IMG/VR virus record: IMGVR_UViG_3300037400_003286
DNA: 64,000 nucleotides
Origin: a virus
Taxonomy: Duplodnaviria > Caudoviricetes
Reading direction: 5' to 3' (one strand)
Below are positions 53,315 through 63,228 of this stretch, piece by piece. Each line of letters opens with the position of its first letter. The stretch's first letter is position 1. The notes under the pieces are model-generated. The model ran no database searches and was not told the origin of the DNA. It was given only the letters and a program-made list of their open reading frames with translations. Made by a program: the position numbers and the translations under genes.

Positions 53315-54754
53315 TTATGCAAATGCTAAATATTTAACTTGAACTGGGAATGGATTTGGATTATAAACAATTACACTTGGGATAAGGTTCTTTACCTCTG
53401 GATAGTTAGGATCATCAGGAATTGTAGTTCTAGCATAGAACTGTCCTACAGTCATCCAGTTGTTAGTTTTTGAAAGATAAGCGCAATATCCTTCAACACC
53501 CATCTGGTCTCTGTGTTCAAGATTTCTCTCGATCGATCTACCACTGTCTGTATATGATATGCTTGAATTTTCCCATTCATCAAGCATTTCTGGTACAACC
53601 TGAGGTATCTCATCGGAATCAATCCAGTCATCATATACTGAATTATGGCTGTAGAATCCCATCCACTTGTTGTAAAGATCCCTATCATATTCGCACTGGA
53701 AAAGATCATTCACGTCAACAATCTTTCTAACAGCAACGAATGTACCATCCAACAGGCATTCAGGAATAGCATAGAATTCCTGTACACGATCAGCAATATG
53801 AGCAACCTTTACGGCCTTCTGTATAGGTTCGATTGCTTCAGTGTTGTACTGAGGATAAACAATGTTCAGTACAATACCTAGCATAGCACCGTTCTTATAT
53901 CTCTTTGAAGGAACATATCTTCTGAAATCCTCGAAAAGATAAATCTTCCTTACATCATTTTCCTCAAGTATTTCGTTAAAGTCCGTATCAAGACAATTAA
54001 GAAGATTGTAAAGTCTTGTATAATCTTCTTTCTTGAGTATTGATGAATATGCATTTATAGCACCAGGTGAATAATTATCAATATTGTTACCCTTAACATA
54101 TCCATCATCCCATCCATAATCATATGAGTGACCATGTTCAATCATCCACTGGTTAATGTAATAGAATATGTCAGTACCGTCTTCTGAATTCCAGAACATT
54201 ACATGGCTTACCCAGAATTCGTAATCAAGCTTAGTTGCAGTGAATACTACATATCCGTCATCAAAAGTAACAGTGATTGGAATTTCCTTTTTCTCGAAAT
54301 AATTATTCATAGCATCTATGAATGTTATTTCCTCATCTATATTTCCAGTACACTTGATAATCTCTATCACTTTGTTACCAGTCTTAAGGTTAAGATACTT
54401 GATAACAAAGAATATCATTCCTTTGTACATCCAGTCTTCATCTTCTGTGATAGGACCGATTATTCTTCCGTAAGACTTCGAGCAATATGAATCACCGAAC
54501 AACCAACCTCTGATATAACAGAACTCATTTGGCTGGAGTATTCTTGAGTTTGATGTGTACTGTGAAAGTCCGACATGTATATCTGACAGATCGATCGAAG
54601 AAAGAACACCGTTGTTGTCTGTTATCTCTCCGCTTGATTCGTTAATGTCGAATGATAGTTCATCGGCAGAATCACCATTGCTACACAGTATATCGGCATA
54701 AATGTATGATTTTGTCGGATTGTTATAATATTTTGAAAAAAGATCCGTTGCCAT
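53315..54754 (-). CDS. Hypothetical late (structural) protein
   Basis: 479-aa ORF downstream of the tail-tube-like gene. Confidence 0.65.
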   Translation of the reverse strand: MATDLFSKYYNNPTKSYIYADILCSNGDSADELSFDINESSGEITDNNGVLSSIDLSDIHVGLSQYTSNSRILQPNEFCYIRGWLFGDSYCSKSYGRIIGPITEDEDWMYKGMIFFVIKYLNLKTGNKVIEIIKCTGNIDEEITFIDAMNNYFEKKEIPITVTFDDGYVVFTATKLDYEFWVSHVMFWNSEDGTDIFYYINQWMIEHGHSYDYGWDDGYVKGNNIDNYSPGAINAYSSILKKEDYTRLYNLLNCLDTDFNEILEENDVRKIYLFEDFRRYVPSKRYKNGAMLGIVLNIVYPQYNTEAIEPIQKAVKVAHIADRVQEFYAIPECLLDGTFVAVRKIVDVNDLFQCEYDRDLYNKWMGFYSHNSVYDDWIDSDEIPQVVPEMLDEWENSSISYTDSGRSIERNLEHRDQMGVEGYCAYLSKTNNWMTVGQFYARTTIPDDPNYPEVKNLIPSVIVYNPNPFPVQVKYLAFA

Positions 54755-54778
54755 TCTCTTTTTGTATTTATATTTCTT

Positions 54779-55327
54779 TTAATTTATATCAAACCTGTTA
54801 TATCTCAGGTTTATACTGAATGTGTTGTATGAAGCAACCGTTGCAGCATAACTAAGATTAAGCTCACTTGTATTTGTAGGTGTTATCTCCCAGAATGTAA
54901 ACTCAAGCATTTGGAATCCAGAATCCGAAAGGAATGCAAGCTTCACTGGTTCCATCCAGCAAGGCTGCTTCTGCTTTGGATCATTCACATAATGAAGGAA
55001 TACATCCATCTGATGCCAGAAGATCCAATATGAAAGATAGCTTTCTGTGAGCTTCATTGTAAGTTTGAGGTTCTTGTCTATCAGTGGTTCAAGTTCTTTA
55101 CCACCGTAGTAAGCAACCTCATATTGTCCTCGTTGCTGTGTTGATAAATCAAGGTTCATTGCTGGGAATACAACACCCTGTACCTGATCGTTCATGAAAT
55201 CAGCAACAGATTCATACGGTAGCCTCATTCTCTGTACCATAGGTGTCCACGTCTGAACAACATCGTCATACCAGAAGTTTGACGGGAAGTAGAACGAAAA
55301 CATCTGAGGTAAATTGTTTAATACCAT
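54779..55327 (-). CDS. Tail tube-fold protein (gp19/gp3-like)
   Basis: VQGVVFPAMN..LKLTMKLTESYLSY..FWEITPTNTSELNLSY..TFSINLRYNRF; late promoter at 55347-55357. Confidence 0.7.
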   Translation of the reverse strand: MVLNNLPQMFSFYFPSNFWYDDVVQTWTPMVQRMRLPYESVADFMNDQVQGVVFPAMNLDLSTQQRGQYEVAYYGGKELEPLIDKNLKLTMKLTESYLSYWIFWHQMDVFLHYVNDPKQKQPCWMEPVKLAFLSDSGFQMLEFTFWEITPTNTSELNLSYAATVASYNTFSINLRYNRFDIN

Positions 55328-55372
55328 CTATTGAGACTTTCTTTTCACTATTTATCTGATCTTACTAATGTA

Positions 55373-56800
55373 TTGAAAACATATAATTTTATAAATTTTA
55401 TAAACTATATAAATTCATTTAAGGGTTAATATTTAACACCTTTGGTGATACAATGTCACCTCTATCTCGTAAGCTAACAATGCTAGCATCTGAGATTTCT
55501 TTTGCTTTTCTCATGATGCCTATAGCACCATTTATATCAGCATTAATTAATTTTCCTGTTGAACTTTTGAACATACCACGTTTTATTCTCCTACCGAGAT
55601 ATTCGTCATGATGTTCCATCGTTTCAAACATTAAATGGTCACACTTTGAAGTATAACTTTCTTCTACTATCTTAAGATTAAGATTAAGATATTTCTCAAC
55701 TTTATAATTCAATATATCAATTAACCTGTTAAACGGAATCGAAACAAAATTCTGGTTATTCCTTTTGCCTAAACTTATATCCTGTTTCCAGTTATTATTA
55801 TGCCCTATACATATAGTTTCAATTTTGTTTTCTAAGCATAACTTAATAATTCTATTTGCAACGGTATGCATGTAATGTTCTATTCTAAGGTTTCTTTTCT
55901 TAGATAGTAAAATAAGTCTTTTACTTGTTTTTCGTTTTTCACCGTTACATTTATTTAACTCAGAAAGAATTTCAGATTTTCTTTTGTTATAATACTGGTT
56001 TATACTTTTTAATGGACCACCCTTAACAACGTATGATATACTTTTGTCGTTTGCAGTTATAGCACATAAATTATTCAAACCAATATCTATACCTATAGCA
56101 GAACCTTTATCAATTTCATTGTCTATATACTTTAAATCTTCATATACTATATTGAATTTTATTTTATCATAAAATTTAGAGAAGGAAATCATATGAACAG
56201 AATCCATTTTTATATGCAAAGGTATCTGTAGTTTATACTGTGTATTAGGGATACGTATTTCATTCTCCTTACACCATTTAGTCCTAAATCTTGATGAATC
56301 TACCTGAACTATATTATATTTCTTTCTCTTATGTAAATAATTAGGTATACAAGGCTTACCTTTAAAGTTAGATGGATTTTTATAATATGATTTCAATGCT
56401 TTCATATAATCCCTCCAGTTCTGTGATACCTGCCTTATAGCATAGGTTTTTGGGCCTATGTCAAGTTTAGAATCCTTATATGCTGGAGTTAATTTTACTA
56501 AATCCCACAACTCCTTAAAAGAATATGCCTTGTATTTTTCATTGTTATTCCTACCTCTAAAATATTCCTGTCTCTGATAATATAATGCCTGATCATAGAT
56601 AGATAAACTATCCTCCATACAACTTAAAAGTTCTGGAGTATTATTTGTTACTATTTGAATTACACTTAACATTATATTATTAGATATTATCGTTTATATA
56701 TTTATCTATATTTTATAAATAAATTTTATTATTTTTTGATTTTATAATCTAAAATATATATTTATGATTTATATAATTTATATGATATTTACTGATTTGA
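55373..56800 (-). mobile_element. IS200/IS605-family solo-TnpB element (no tnpA); left boundary approximate
   Basis: Right end on the minus strand reads GAAT-hairpin-TTTTCAA, as in the IS608 GR/CR arrangement; more AT-rich than the flanks; inserted between two divergent late promoters. Confidence 0.7.
55419..56672 (-). CDS. tnpB: RNA-guided endonuclease TnpB
   Basis: RuvC-I GIDIGLNNL, GHNNNWKQ..LGKRNNQNFVSIPF, VEESYTSKC, RuvC-III INADINGA. Confidence 0.92.
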   Translation of the reverse strand: MLSVIQIVTNNTPELLSCMEDSLSIYDQALYYQRQEYFRGRNNNEKYKAYSFKELWDLVKLTPAYKDSKLDIGPKTYAIRQVSQNWRDYMKALKSYYKNPSNFKGKPCIPNYLHKRKKYNIVQVDSSRFRTKWCKENEIRIPNTQYKLQIPLHIKMDSVHMISFSKFYDKIKFNIVYEDLKYIDNEIDKGSAIGIDIGLNNLCAITANDKSISYVVKGGPLKSINQYYNKRKSEILSELNKCNGEKRKTSKRLILLSKKRNLRIEHYMHTVANRIIKLCLENKIETICIGHNNNWKQDISLGKRNNQNFVSIPFNRLIDILNYKVEKYLNLNLKIVEESYTSKCDHLMFETMEHHDEYLGRRIKRGMFKSSTGKLINADINGAIGIMRKAKEISDASIVSLRDRGDIVSPKVLNINP

Positions 56801-56825
56801 GTATAATCGTATTCGCAATTCTCTC

Positions 56826-56836
56826 AGATAAATAGT
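56826..56836 (+). promoter_or_regulatory. Late promoter AGATAAATAGT
   Basis: 23 nt upstream of ATG 56860. Confidence 0.8.
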
Positions 56837-56859
56837 CAAAAGGAATCTGAAGCTTTACA

Positions 56860-57093
56860 ATGGCTTATTATTTAAGAAAGAAAAAGGTTGTTGATGAATG
56901 TGACGGTGGTTGTGATGTAGCTTGCGCTGCGCCTATGACTGATATTCCAGACGGAATCGGACCAGTCATTCCTGGACATTCTGGTGACAGGTTTGACAAT
57001 ATATTAGGTGCTGGATTTGTCAATACAATACCTATGATGTCAGCAACATCTAAGAAGAAATACAAGATTCGTAAAAGAAAGACGAAACAATAA
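56860..57093 (+). CDS. Small hypothetical late protein with basic termini
   Basis: 77 aa; TAATG overlap with the next gene. Confidence 0.65.
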   Translation: MAYYLRKKKVVDECDGGCDVACAAPMTDIPDGIGPVIPGHSGDRFDNILGAGFVNTIPMMSATSKKKYKIRKRKTKQ

Positions 57094-58469
57094 TGGAAGA
57101 ACAGAAAACACCTTTATACCAGAGATATAATTTCGATAACGTTTTCAACAGAAGCGTTATTGCTGGTTTATTGTACCTTCTTAATCACAACCTAACATAC
57201 GAACAGGTATGGGATGATAATACTGTTGAACAAGTTACAGTACCGTTTGCATATAATTTCGCACATGCAAGAGATCAAAGATTTGCTCAGGATAACTATA
57301 CATTCTTCGGAAGAGAATGTTTCTCCGATAAATTCATAGACGGTAAGTTCGATATGTGTCCAAGATTCGCAATGACATATACTGGTTCTCAGATTGAAGC
57401 ATCAAACATAACAAACAGATTCGTAAAGGGAACATACATGAAGGATGAGAATGGTGTACTTACATCATATACAGCTTTCATGTACTCAATTCCACTTACT
57501 TTGAATTTTGAATTTGAAGGATGGATTGATACACTAGAAACCGCATTCAAAATTGAACAGGCAATCAGAGAAGCATTCTATAAGAATCAGACATTCAATG
57601 TTTTGTATAGAGGAATGAAAATCGGATGCCGTGCTGGATTCCCAGAATCTTATTCTGTCGGAGAGAAAACCGTAAGCTATTCATTCGAATCTGAATCACA
57701 GCTTATCAAAATGAGTTTCTCTCTTGCAATTGAAGCATACCAGCCTTGCTTTGATGAATCTCAGTCTATACAAAGTGAAAAGAAGATTGAATATTTTGCT
57801 TTCGATCCTGCCGTTTATAATAATCACAACACACCGACAAACAAGCAGATAGAATTACATCTTCATCCTATTGATACATCAATATATTACGCTGCTGGTC
57901 AGACCATAGAAATATCATGGGATGCAATATCAAACTCATCTGACGTATATACAATATTGCTTTATTATATAACACCAGACGGTGACAAACATATAATAGA
58001 ATGTTCACTTCGTCAACACAACTTCTTTGACTGGACTATACCAGGAAACATTTCCAATTTCAAACAACCTAATGTTCTGTTCTATGATACCGATGAAATT
58101 CAGATCAAGAAACAACCTAATATCGTTGTCATACCAGAATCAACAGGATATGTCAACAGTGGATGTTTCGGTATATTGGATCCAGGAGAATTTTCAAATG
58201 ACGGATATGTTCAGGTATCATGTGAATATAATGATGCATCATCGAACATAAAAATACACGATTGTTACATTGCTGAAGTATCAAAAGAAGAAGGTGTAAA
58301 ACAAATTTTCTATTATAAAGATACACCTGTTTATGAAGAGTTTGTTGTAACGAATCCGAAACGCTTAAAATACAAAAAAGGTGACTTTGGAACCGAAATT
58401 ACAGTAGGAATCGCATATCCACAAAATATGGAAATTAAGGATGAAATACATAATTTGTTGATAATCTGA
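57093..58469 (+). CDS. Tail terminator/sheath stabiliser (T4 gp15-like) with C-terminal Ig-like extension
   Basis: VTVPFAY..PRFAMTYTG..SIPLTLNFEFEGW..FKIEQAIREAFY; extension YAAGQTIEISWD..FDWTIP. Confidence 0.7.
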   Translation: MEEQKTPLYQRYNFDNVFNRSVIAGLLYLLNHNLTYEQVWDDNTVEQVTVPFAYNFAHARDQRFAQDNYTFFGRECFSDKFIDGKFDMCPRFAMTYTGSQIEASNITNRFVKGTYMKDENGVLTSYTAFMYSIPLTLNFEFEGWIDTLETAFKIEQAIREAFYKNQTFNVLYRGMKIGCRAGFPESYSVGEKTVSYSFESESQLIKMSFSLAIEAYQPCFDESQSIQSEKKIEYFAFDPAVYNNHNTPTNKQIELHLHPIDTSIYYAAGQTIEISWDAISNSSDVYTILLYYITPDGDKHIIECSLRQHNFFDWTIPGNISNFKQPNVLFYDTDEIQIKKQPNIVVIPESTGYVNSGCFGILDPGEFSNDGYVQVSCEYNDASSNIKIHDCYIAEVSKEEGVKQIFYYKDTPVYEEFVVTNPKRLKYKKGDFGTEITVGIAYPQNMEIKDEIHNLLII

Positions 58470-58562
58470 TAGTTACAATTTTACATTTTTATAAAAATTT
58501 TTTGCGTTTTGAAAATAAATAGTAAAAGGATAATTTTAAACATATTTAACACATAATTTTAC

Positions 58563-61500
58563 ATGGAAAAAATGGAAAACAAAACACTCTCTATGGTCAC
58601 GATCGTACCGATTCGTGCCGCAATTGAGAAGCTTTCGCTTTCCGAGTCAAATTCCATAGCCATTCAGAATTTCTGTAAAGAATATAATGAGAAGCTTGAC
58701 AGCGGATTGCACGAGGAACAGATCTGTGAGCAATTTGTGATCGATCTTTCTAAGATTGCAGAATCCGAAACAGCAAAGGCTGTTCTGAATGACGTGAATG
58801 AGGCTGTGAAAGCTAACGAAGCTAACATTAAATTAGCAAACAATGTTTATAATCTTAGCAAAGGATCATGTATGTTCGTTGCTCCTATGATTGAATCAGC
58901 AGTTGTTGATTACATCATAGACAAGAATTCTACTACAAGAGACAATGTGAAGATTAATCTTTCGTTGTTTGAAAGTGACAGCACAGTTCAGAATATTCTT
59001 GAGACATTGCAATATGAGCAATACGAGGAGAAGAACGGAAAGACTCTCGTAAATGCAGAGTTGAAGGAAGCTTTCAAGACCCCTGAAGTAAAGACTTACA
59101 CACAGGAGGAAGTTGACAGAATCCTTAGCGACAAGGTTAATGAGATGGCAGAAGCTGAGAAGAATGTCGAGAAGAAGACAAAGAATATGATCAAGAGTCA
59201 TATCGGCCTCAGTGAAGCAATTACGGCGATTCTGAAAGAAAACAAGAATGAAAAACTTAAGGTATTCTGTGAGCAGTACATTGATGCTCTTAACTCTGGT
59301 AAGCCAGAGGAGCTTCTTTATGAGTCATTCATTTCTGGTATTTCTAATTGGAATTACCTGAGTGCTGTTGACACAGAGCTTTCAGCATTGAAGGACAGAG
59401 TTTCACAATATAAGCAGGACATTGATCTTAAGAAGATTCTTGAGACGATGGCTCAGACTGGTTCATATTATATTGTTCCATTGATCGAGGATGTTGTTGT
59501 TGATTATGTTGAGAACAAGAACATGGCTACACGCGCTATCCTGTTGCAGAGACTTGAAGCATTCGAGTATGATCCATTCGTGCGTGATATGGAGTGCTTG
59601 ATCACAAGAGACCTTTCAATCGAGAATACGGTTTATCTTGGTGAGTCTGTTGAGTATCTTAACAGCCAGGTTAAGACTGAACTTATTTTCTCTCCTGTTC
59701 AGTACATTAAGGAAAATGAGTGTGTATTCAATGTGAAGGGTGCTTACTACGCAAGAAAGGGTACTAACATTGCAAAGCTTACAAAGAATGAGGTTGCATC
59801 ATTAAGTGAGTCGTTCAAGTCACTTTGTAATCTTGTAAATTCAGATAATGTTAAATTCTCTCAGGAACTTAACTCTATCACAGTTTACGGTGGTGCTAAT
59901 ACTTGTGTTATCACTGAGTCAGAGATCACAGTAAATGGCAAGGAAGTTACTTCAGATGAATTGAAGAAACTTATGGAAACAGCTATCGCCATGAGAAGTG
60001 ATGATGCTGAGTTCTACGCTATGTCTGTCGCATTGAACGAACATTACAATGATATTGCTTATATTGATTTTGTTAAGAGAATCGAGGCAAGAGACAACAG
60101 TGGTAAGTCTTGTGATGTATTCAAGCTGAAGGAGAGTATTTTCGTTAATACTACAAATAGCAATCTTGGAAGATCTACTTTCTATCGTAATGTTAATCCT
60201 ATTCAGTGCCGTAAGTATATCAACGAGCATATGGAAATCAATTGCGGTCCTTTGTTCGAGGATGAGCTTCCAGAGCAGGAGAAAGTAGCAAAGGCTATTG
60301 ATGATAAGAAGAAAGAATATCAGGACTATATCGATTCACTTGAGGAGAAGAAAGAAACTCTCCAGGCTATGAAGGATGAGGGTGCTGATACAGATGATAT
60401 TGATAAGGCTATCGACATGATCGATAAGGAACTTGAGGATACAAAATCTGATTTCCTGAAATATCAGAAGGATGCTGACAAGTATCTGAATGGTGATGAG
60501 GATGATGCTGATGATTCTTTGAAGAATGAAGTTCCCGATACAGAGGATGATGATAAGGAAGGATCAGACGATGCTGAAAATAAGGATGGAGAAAACGGTG
60601 AGGACAACGATGATAGCAAAGTCGGTGACGAGCTTGATCCAGACAAGGAGTCGGCAGAGGACATGGAAAAGCCTATCGAGGGTGAACCAGGTGAAGATGC
60701 AGCAGAGACAGAATTCCCAACAGATGATGAGTTTGCTGATGTTGCTGAATATGATCCAGATTTCGATGTTCCTACTGAGGTTGTAAAGACAGAGACAGAA
60801 CAAGACCAGTCAACTGATATTGGCTACGGCAAGTTCCAGATCGTAAAGGTTTCTTACAACAGAAATGTAAAGACTGGTGCTGAGAACGGTCACGGTGAAG
60901 TTATCCTTGTGATTCCTTCAGTTGATGCTAATGGTGATGTACATGATGATATGAGAAAGGTTACTTTCTATCTTGATCAGGACAAGACACCTACCATCAA
61001 TAACGAGTACATGCCTCTTGATATGTACACACAGATTGTTGACGCAATCGTAAACGATCCTCAGACAGAATCAGTTTCGGTTGGTGATGTTAAATCCCCA
61101 GAAACAGATGAAACACTTCCTGCTGAATCAGTAGAGGAGCCAAAGGATGTAGAGAACATCAACGTTGAAGACGCTGTTGCTACTACAGAGCCAGAGGAAA
61201 AGTCTGAAGATGAAATAAAAATAGAAGATACAAAACCAGCAGAGATTCAGGAAACTCCAGCAGAAGTTCAGAAAGCTGATGCAGAAGAGGCTTCATATCC
61301 TATCACTGTAGGTTTGTATCCAGAAGAGATCGCTCCTATCGAGGTATCAGATTTCGAGAAGGATCTTGATGATAAGATGAAGATCGAGCATACTGAGAGT
61401 GAGGCAAATGACGGAGAAATCTGTTTGAAGATCGCTAATAAGGCTCAGGCACATGCTTTGAAGAAGTATTTCCATGAGTGGAAGGCTTACGATGACGATC

Positions 61501-63209
61501 AGTTCTGTTCATTCTTCCCAGAGTTACAGAAGTGCTTCGATAACAAGCCAGCAAATATCGATGTAATGCCAGCAAATGAAAGTGTTAAGATTACTGGAGT
61601 AAAAGCTATCAGCGAAAGCAAGAAAGAGCCTTTTCGTGTAATGCTTCCATGTAACGAGTCGCTTTGTGAATTGTTCGGTATTGAGAAGAAAGGAAACATG
61701 ATACAGTTCCAGGTTGTTCCTGAGAACAAGGATGAAGAGTATAAGATTTATGAGTCTCTTTACAACTATGCAAGAAAGAACAACGGTAACGTTGAACAGG
61801 ATGTTGTAGACTTCCTTGAGAAGTATGGTGACGAATATGGACACCTTTGTGAGAGCAACTACAGCTACAAGCTTAATGTTCCATATAACAACTTCCTTGC
61901 ACAGAAACTTACAGCCAACGGATTCGAGGTTAAGTCTGTTAACGAAAGCATGTCAACAGAAATCTTGAAGGAAGACTATAAGAAAGCAAAGAAGATTCTC
62001 GAATCATTCTATGGTGATGCTGCACCTGTTGAGGCAAGGGATTTTTTTCAATTCCTCAGTGAGAACGTCAGGATCACTGTAAAGGACGAAACGACTGGTA
62101 AGACCGTCGAGATTAATACTGACGACTTCAATGGTAAGAATGAAGGAACAGCAGATAACGGTGTAGCAGCCGATTTCGATGATTCATTCAAGAACGTTAC
62201 ATTTAACCCGCAAGACAGCCTTGCATTCAAGGATGATGAAGAATCAGCCGATGATGAGGATGAAGACAAGGATAAGAAGGATAAGAATGACAAAAACGTA
62301 AGCGATACTAATGAAGGAACTGAAGACGAAAAGTCTGAGAAAACTGAGGATGTCGAATCCAATAAAGAAAATTCCGAGGAAGAACATAACGAGGAAGAGT
62401 CTAAAGAGGATAATGGATCAGAGGATAAAAAGTCAGAAGACGAGAAGCCAAAGAAGAAGTTTAAATTCAAGGTTAAGAAGTCAAAGGCTGACGAATCGCT
62501 GAAACAGGATGAAAAAAATCATCTTAACGAATCAGATTTGAACATTGCGGAACCAAACGTTCTTGACTATGTTAAATGTAAAGACGGAAACAAAGGTCAG
62601 ATTATCTGCAAACAAGCTGATGGTGACTTTATTGTGAACGTCAATGGTCATACTAAGATATATCCAAAGTCTGATGTAGAATTGGTACATGCAAGATTCG
62701 ATCTTGTTGATACTCCATTCAAGTATGACGATGCTACTCTTAGGGGTGTTTACGAAAGCTATGTAAACTGCGGACTTTTTGTTAATAACACTCAGGTTAC
62801 TCCTAATGATTGCAAAGTTCAGCTTCTAGAATTCATGACAGCAAACGACGATGCAGAAATTAACCTAATTATCGAAGGAGAAAAGACAAAAGCACAGAAG
62901 AAGTATATTAGAATCACAGAAAGCCTTGATGAGCTGATCGATCTTGCAAATTATTCAAAGGGTACTATGACTTACATCGTTGAAGGTGTTGAGCAGAAGA
63001 CCGATGTGTTGATTAATACAAGAGATTATCAGACATACATGGTTATGAATGAGTCTACTATCCCTGTCAGAACTCTTATTTTCGATGAGAACGGTGAAAC
63101 TCATATGAGTAATATTCCTGGTGGAAATCTTATGATTTGTGAATCTGAGGATTACTTCAAGCCAGAAAGTGAAAGATTAATGGAGAGTGCTATTGCAGCA
63201 CTTTCCTAA
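58563..63209 (+). CDS. Giant acidic putative prohead core/internal head protein
   Basis: 1548 aa; internal duplication; many L/I/V/M-x-E-S sites; late-like promoter AAATAAATAGT at 58513-58523. Confidence 0.55.
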   Translation: MEKMENKTLSMVTIVPIRAAIEKLSLSESNSIAIQNFCKEYNEKLDSGLHEEQICEQFVIDLSKIAESETAKAVLNDVNEAVKANEANIKLANNVYNLSKGSCMFVAPMIESAVVDYIIDKNSTTRDNVKINLSLFESDSTVQNILETLQYEQYEEKNGKTLVNAELKEAFKTPEVKTYTQEEVDRILSDKVNEMAEAEKNVEKKTKNMIKSHIGLSEAITAILKENKNEKLKVFCEQYIDALNSGKPEELLYESFISGISNWNYLSAVDTELSALKDRVSQYKQDIDLKKILETMAQTGSYYIVPLIEDVVVDYVENKNMATRAILLQRLEAFEYDPFVRDMECLITRDLSIENTVYLGESVEYLNSQVKTELIFSPVQYIKENECVFNVKGAYYARKGTNIAKLTKNEVASLSESFKSLCNLVNSDNVKFSQELNSITVYGGANTCVITESEITVNGKEVTSDELKKLMETAIAMRSDDAEFYAMSVALNEHYNDIAYIDFVKRIEARDNSGKSCDVFKLKESIFVNTTNSNLGRSTFYRNVNPIQCRKYINEHMEINCGPLFEDELPEQEKVAKAIDDKKKEYQDYIDSLEEKKETLQAMKDEGADTDDIDKAIDMIDKELEDTKSDFLKYQKDADKYLNGDEDDADDSLKNEVPDTEDDDKEGSDDAENKDGENGEDNDDSKVGDELDPDKESAEDMEKPIEGEPGEDAAETEFPTDDEFADVAEYDPDFDVPTEVVKTETEQDQSTDIGYGKFQIVKVSYNRNVKTGAENGHGEVILVIPSVDANGDVHDDMRKVTFYLDQDKTPTINNEYMPLDMYTQIVDAIVNDPQTESVSVGDVKSPETDETLPAESVEEPKDVENINVEDAVATTEPEEKSEDEIKIEDTKPAEIQETPAEVQKADAEEASYPITVGLYPEEIAPIEVSDFEKDLDDKMKIEHTESEANDGEICLKIANKAQAHALKKYFHEWKAYDDDQFCSFFPELQKCFDNKPANIDVMPANESVKITGVKAISESKKEPFRVMLPCNESLCELFGIEKKGNMIQFQVVPENKDEEYKIYESLYNYARKNNGNVEQDVVDFLEKYGDEYGHLCESNYSYKLNVPYNNFLAQKLTANGFEVKSVNESMSTEILKEDYKKAKKILESFYGDAAPVEARDFFQFLSENVRITVKDETTGKTVEINTDDFNGKNEGTADNGVAADFDDSFKNVTFNPQDSLAFKDDEESADDEDEDKDKKDKNDKNVSDTNEGTEDEKSEKTEDVESNKENSEEEHNEEESKEDNGSEDKKSEDEKPKKKFKFKVKKSKADESLKQDEKNHLNESDLNIAEPNVLDYVKCKDGNKGQIICKQADGDFIVNVNGHTKIYPKSDVELVHARFDLVDTPFKYDDATLRGVYESYVNCGLFVNNTQVTPNDCKVQLLEFMTANDDAEINLIIEGEKTKAQKKYIRITESLDELIDLANYSKGTMTYIVEGVEQKTDVLINTRDYQTYMVMNESTIPVRTLIFDENGETHMSNIPGGNLMICESEDYFKPESERLMESAIAALS

Positions 63210-63228
63210 AAACAAACTGGATTGAAAA

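Noticed and set aside
56780-56812. Exact left end and TAM of the TnpB element (for example TTAT)
   Set aside because: Candidate tetranucleotides do not give a consistent guide/cleavage-site pairing at the expected distance; an empty-site allele is needed
55321-56860. Cas12f/CRISPR system or CRISPR array near tnpB
   Set aside because: No direct-repeat/spacer array seen here or elsewhere in the window; the flanks fit IS200/IS605 ends
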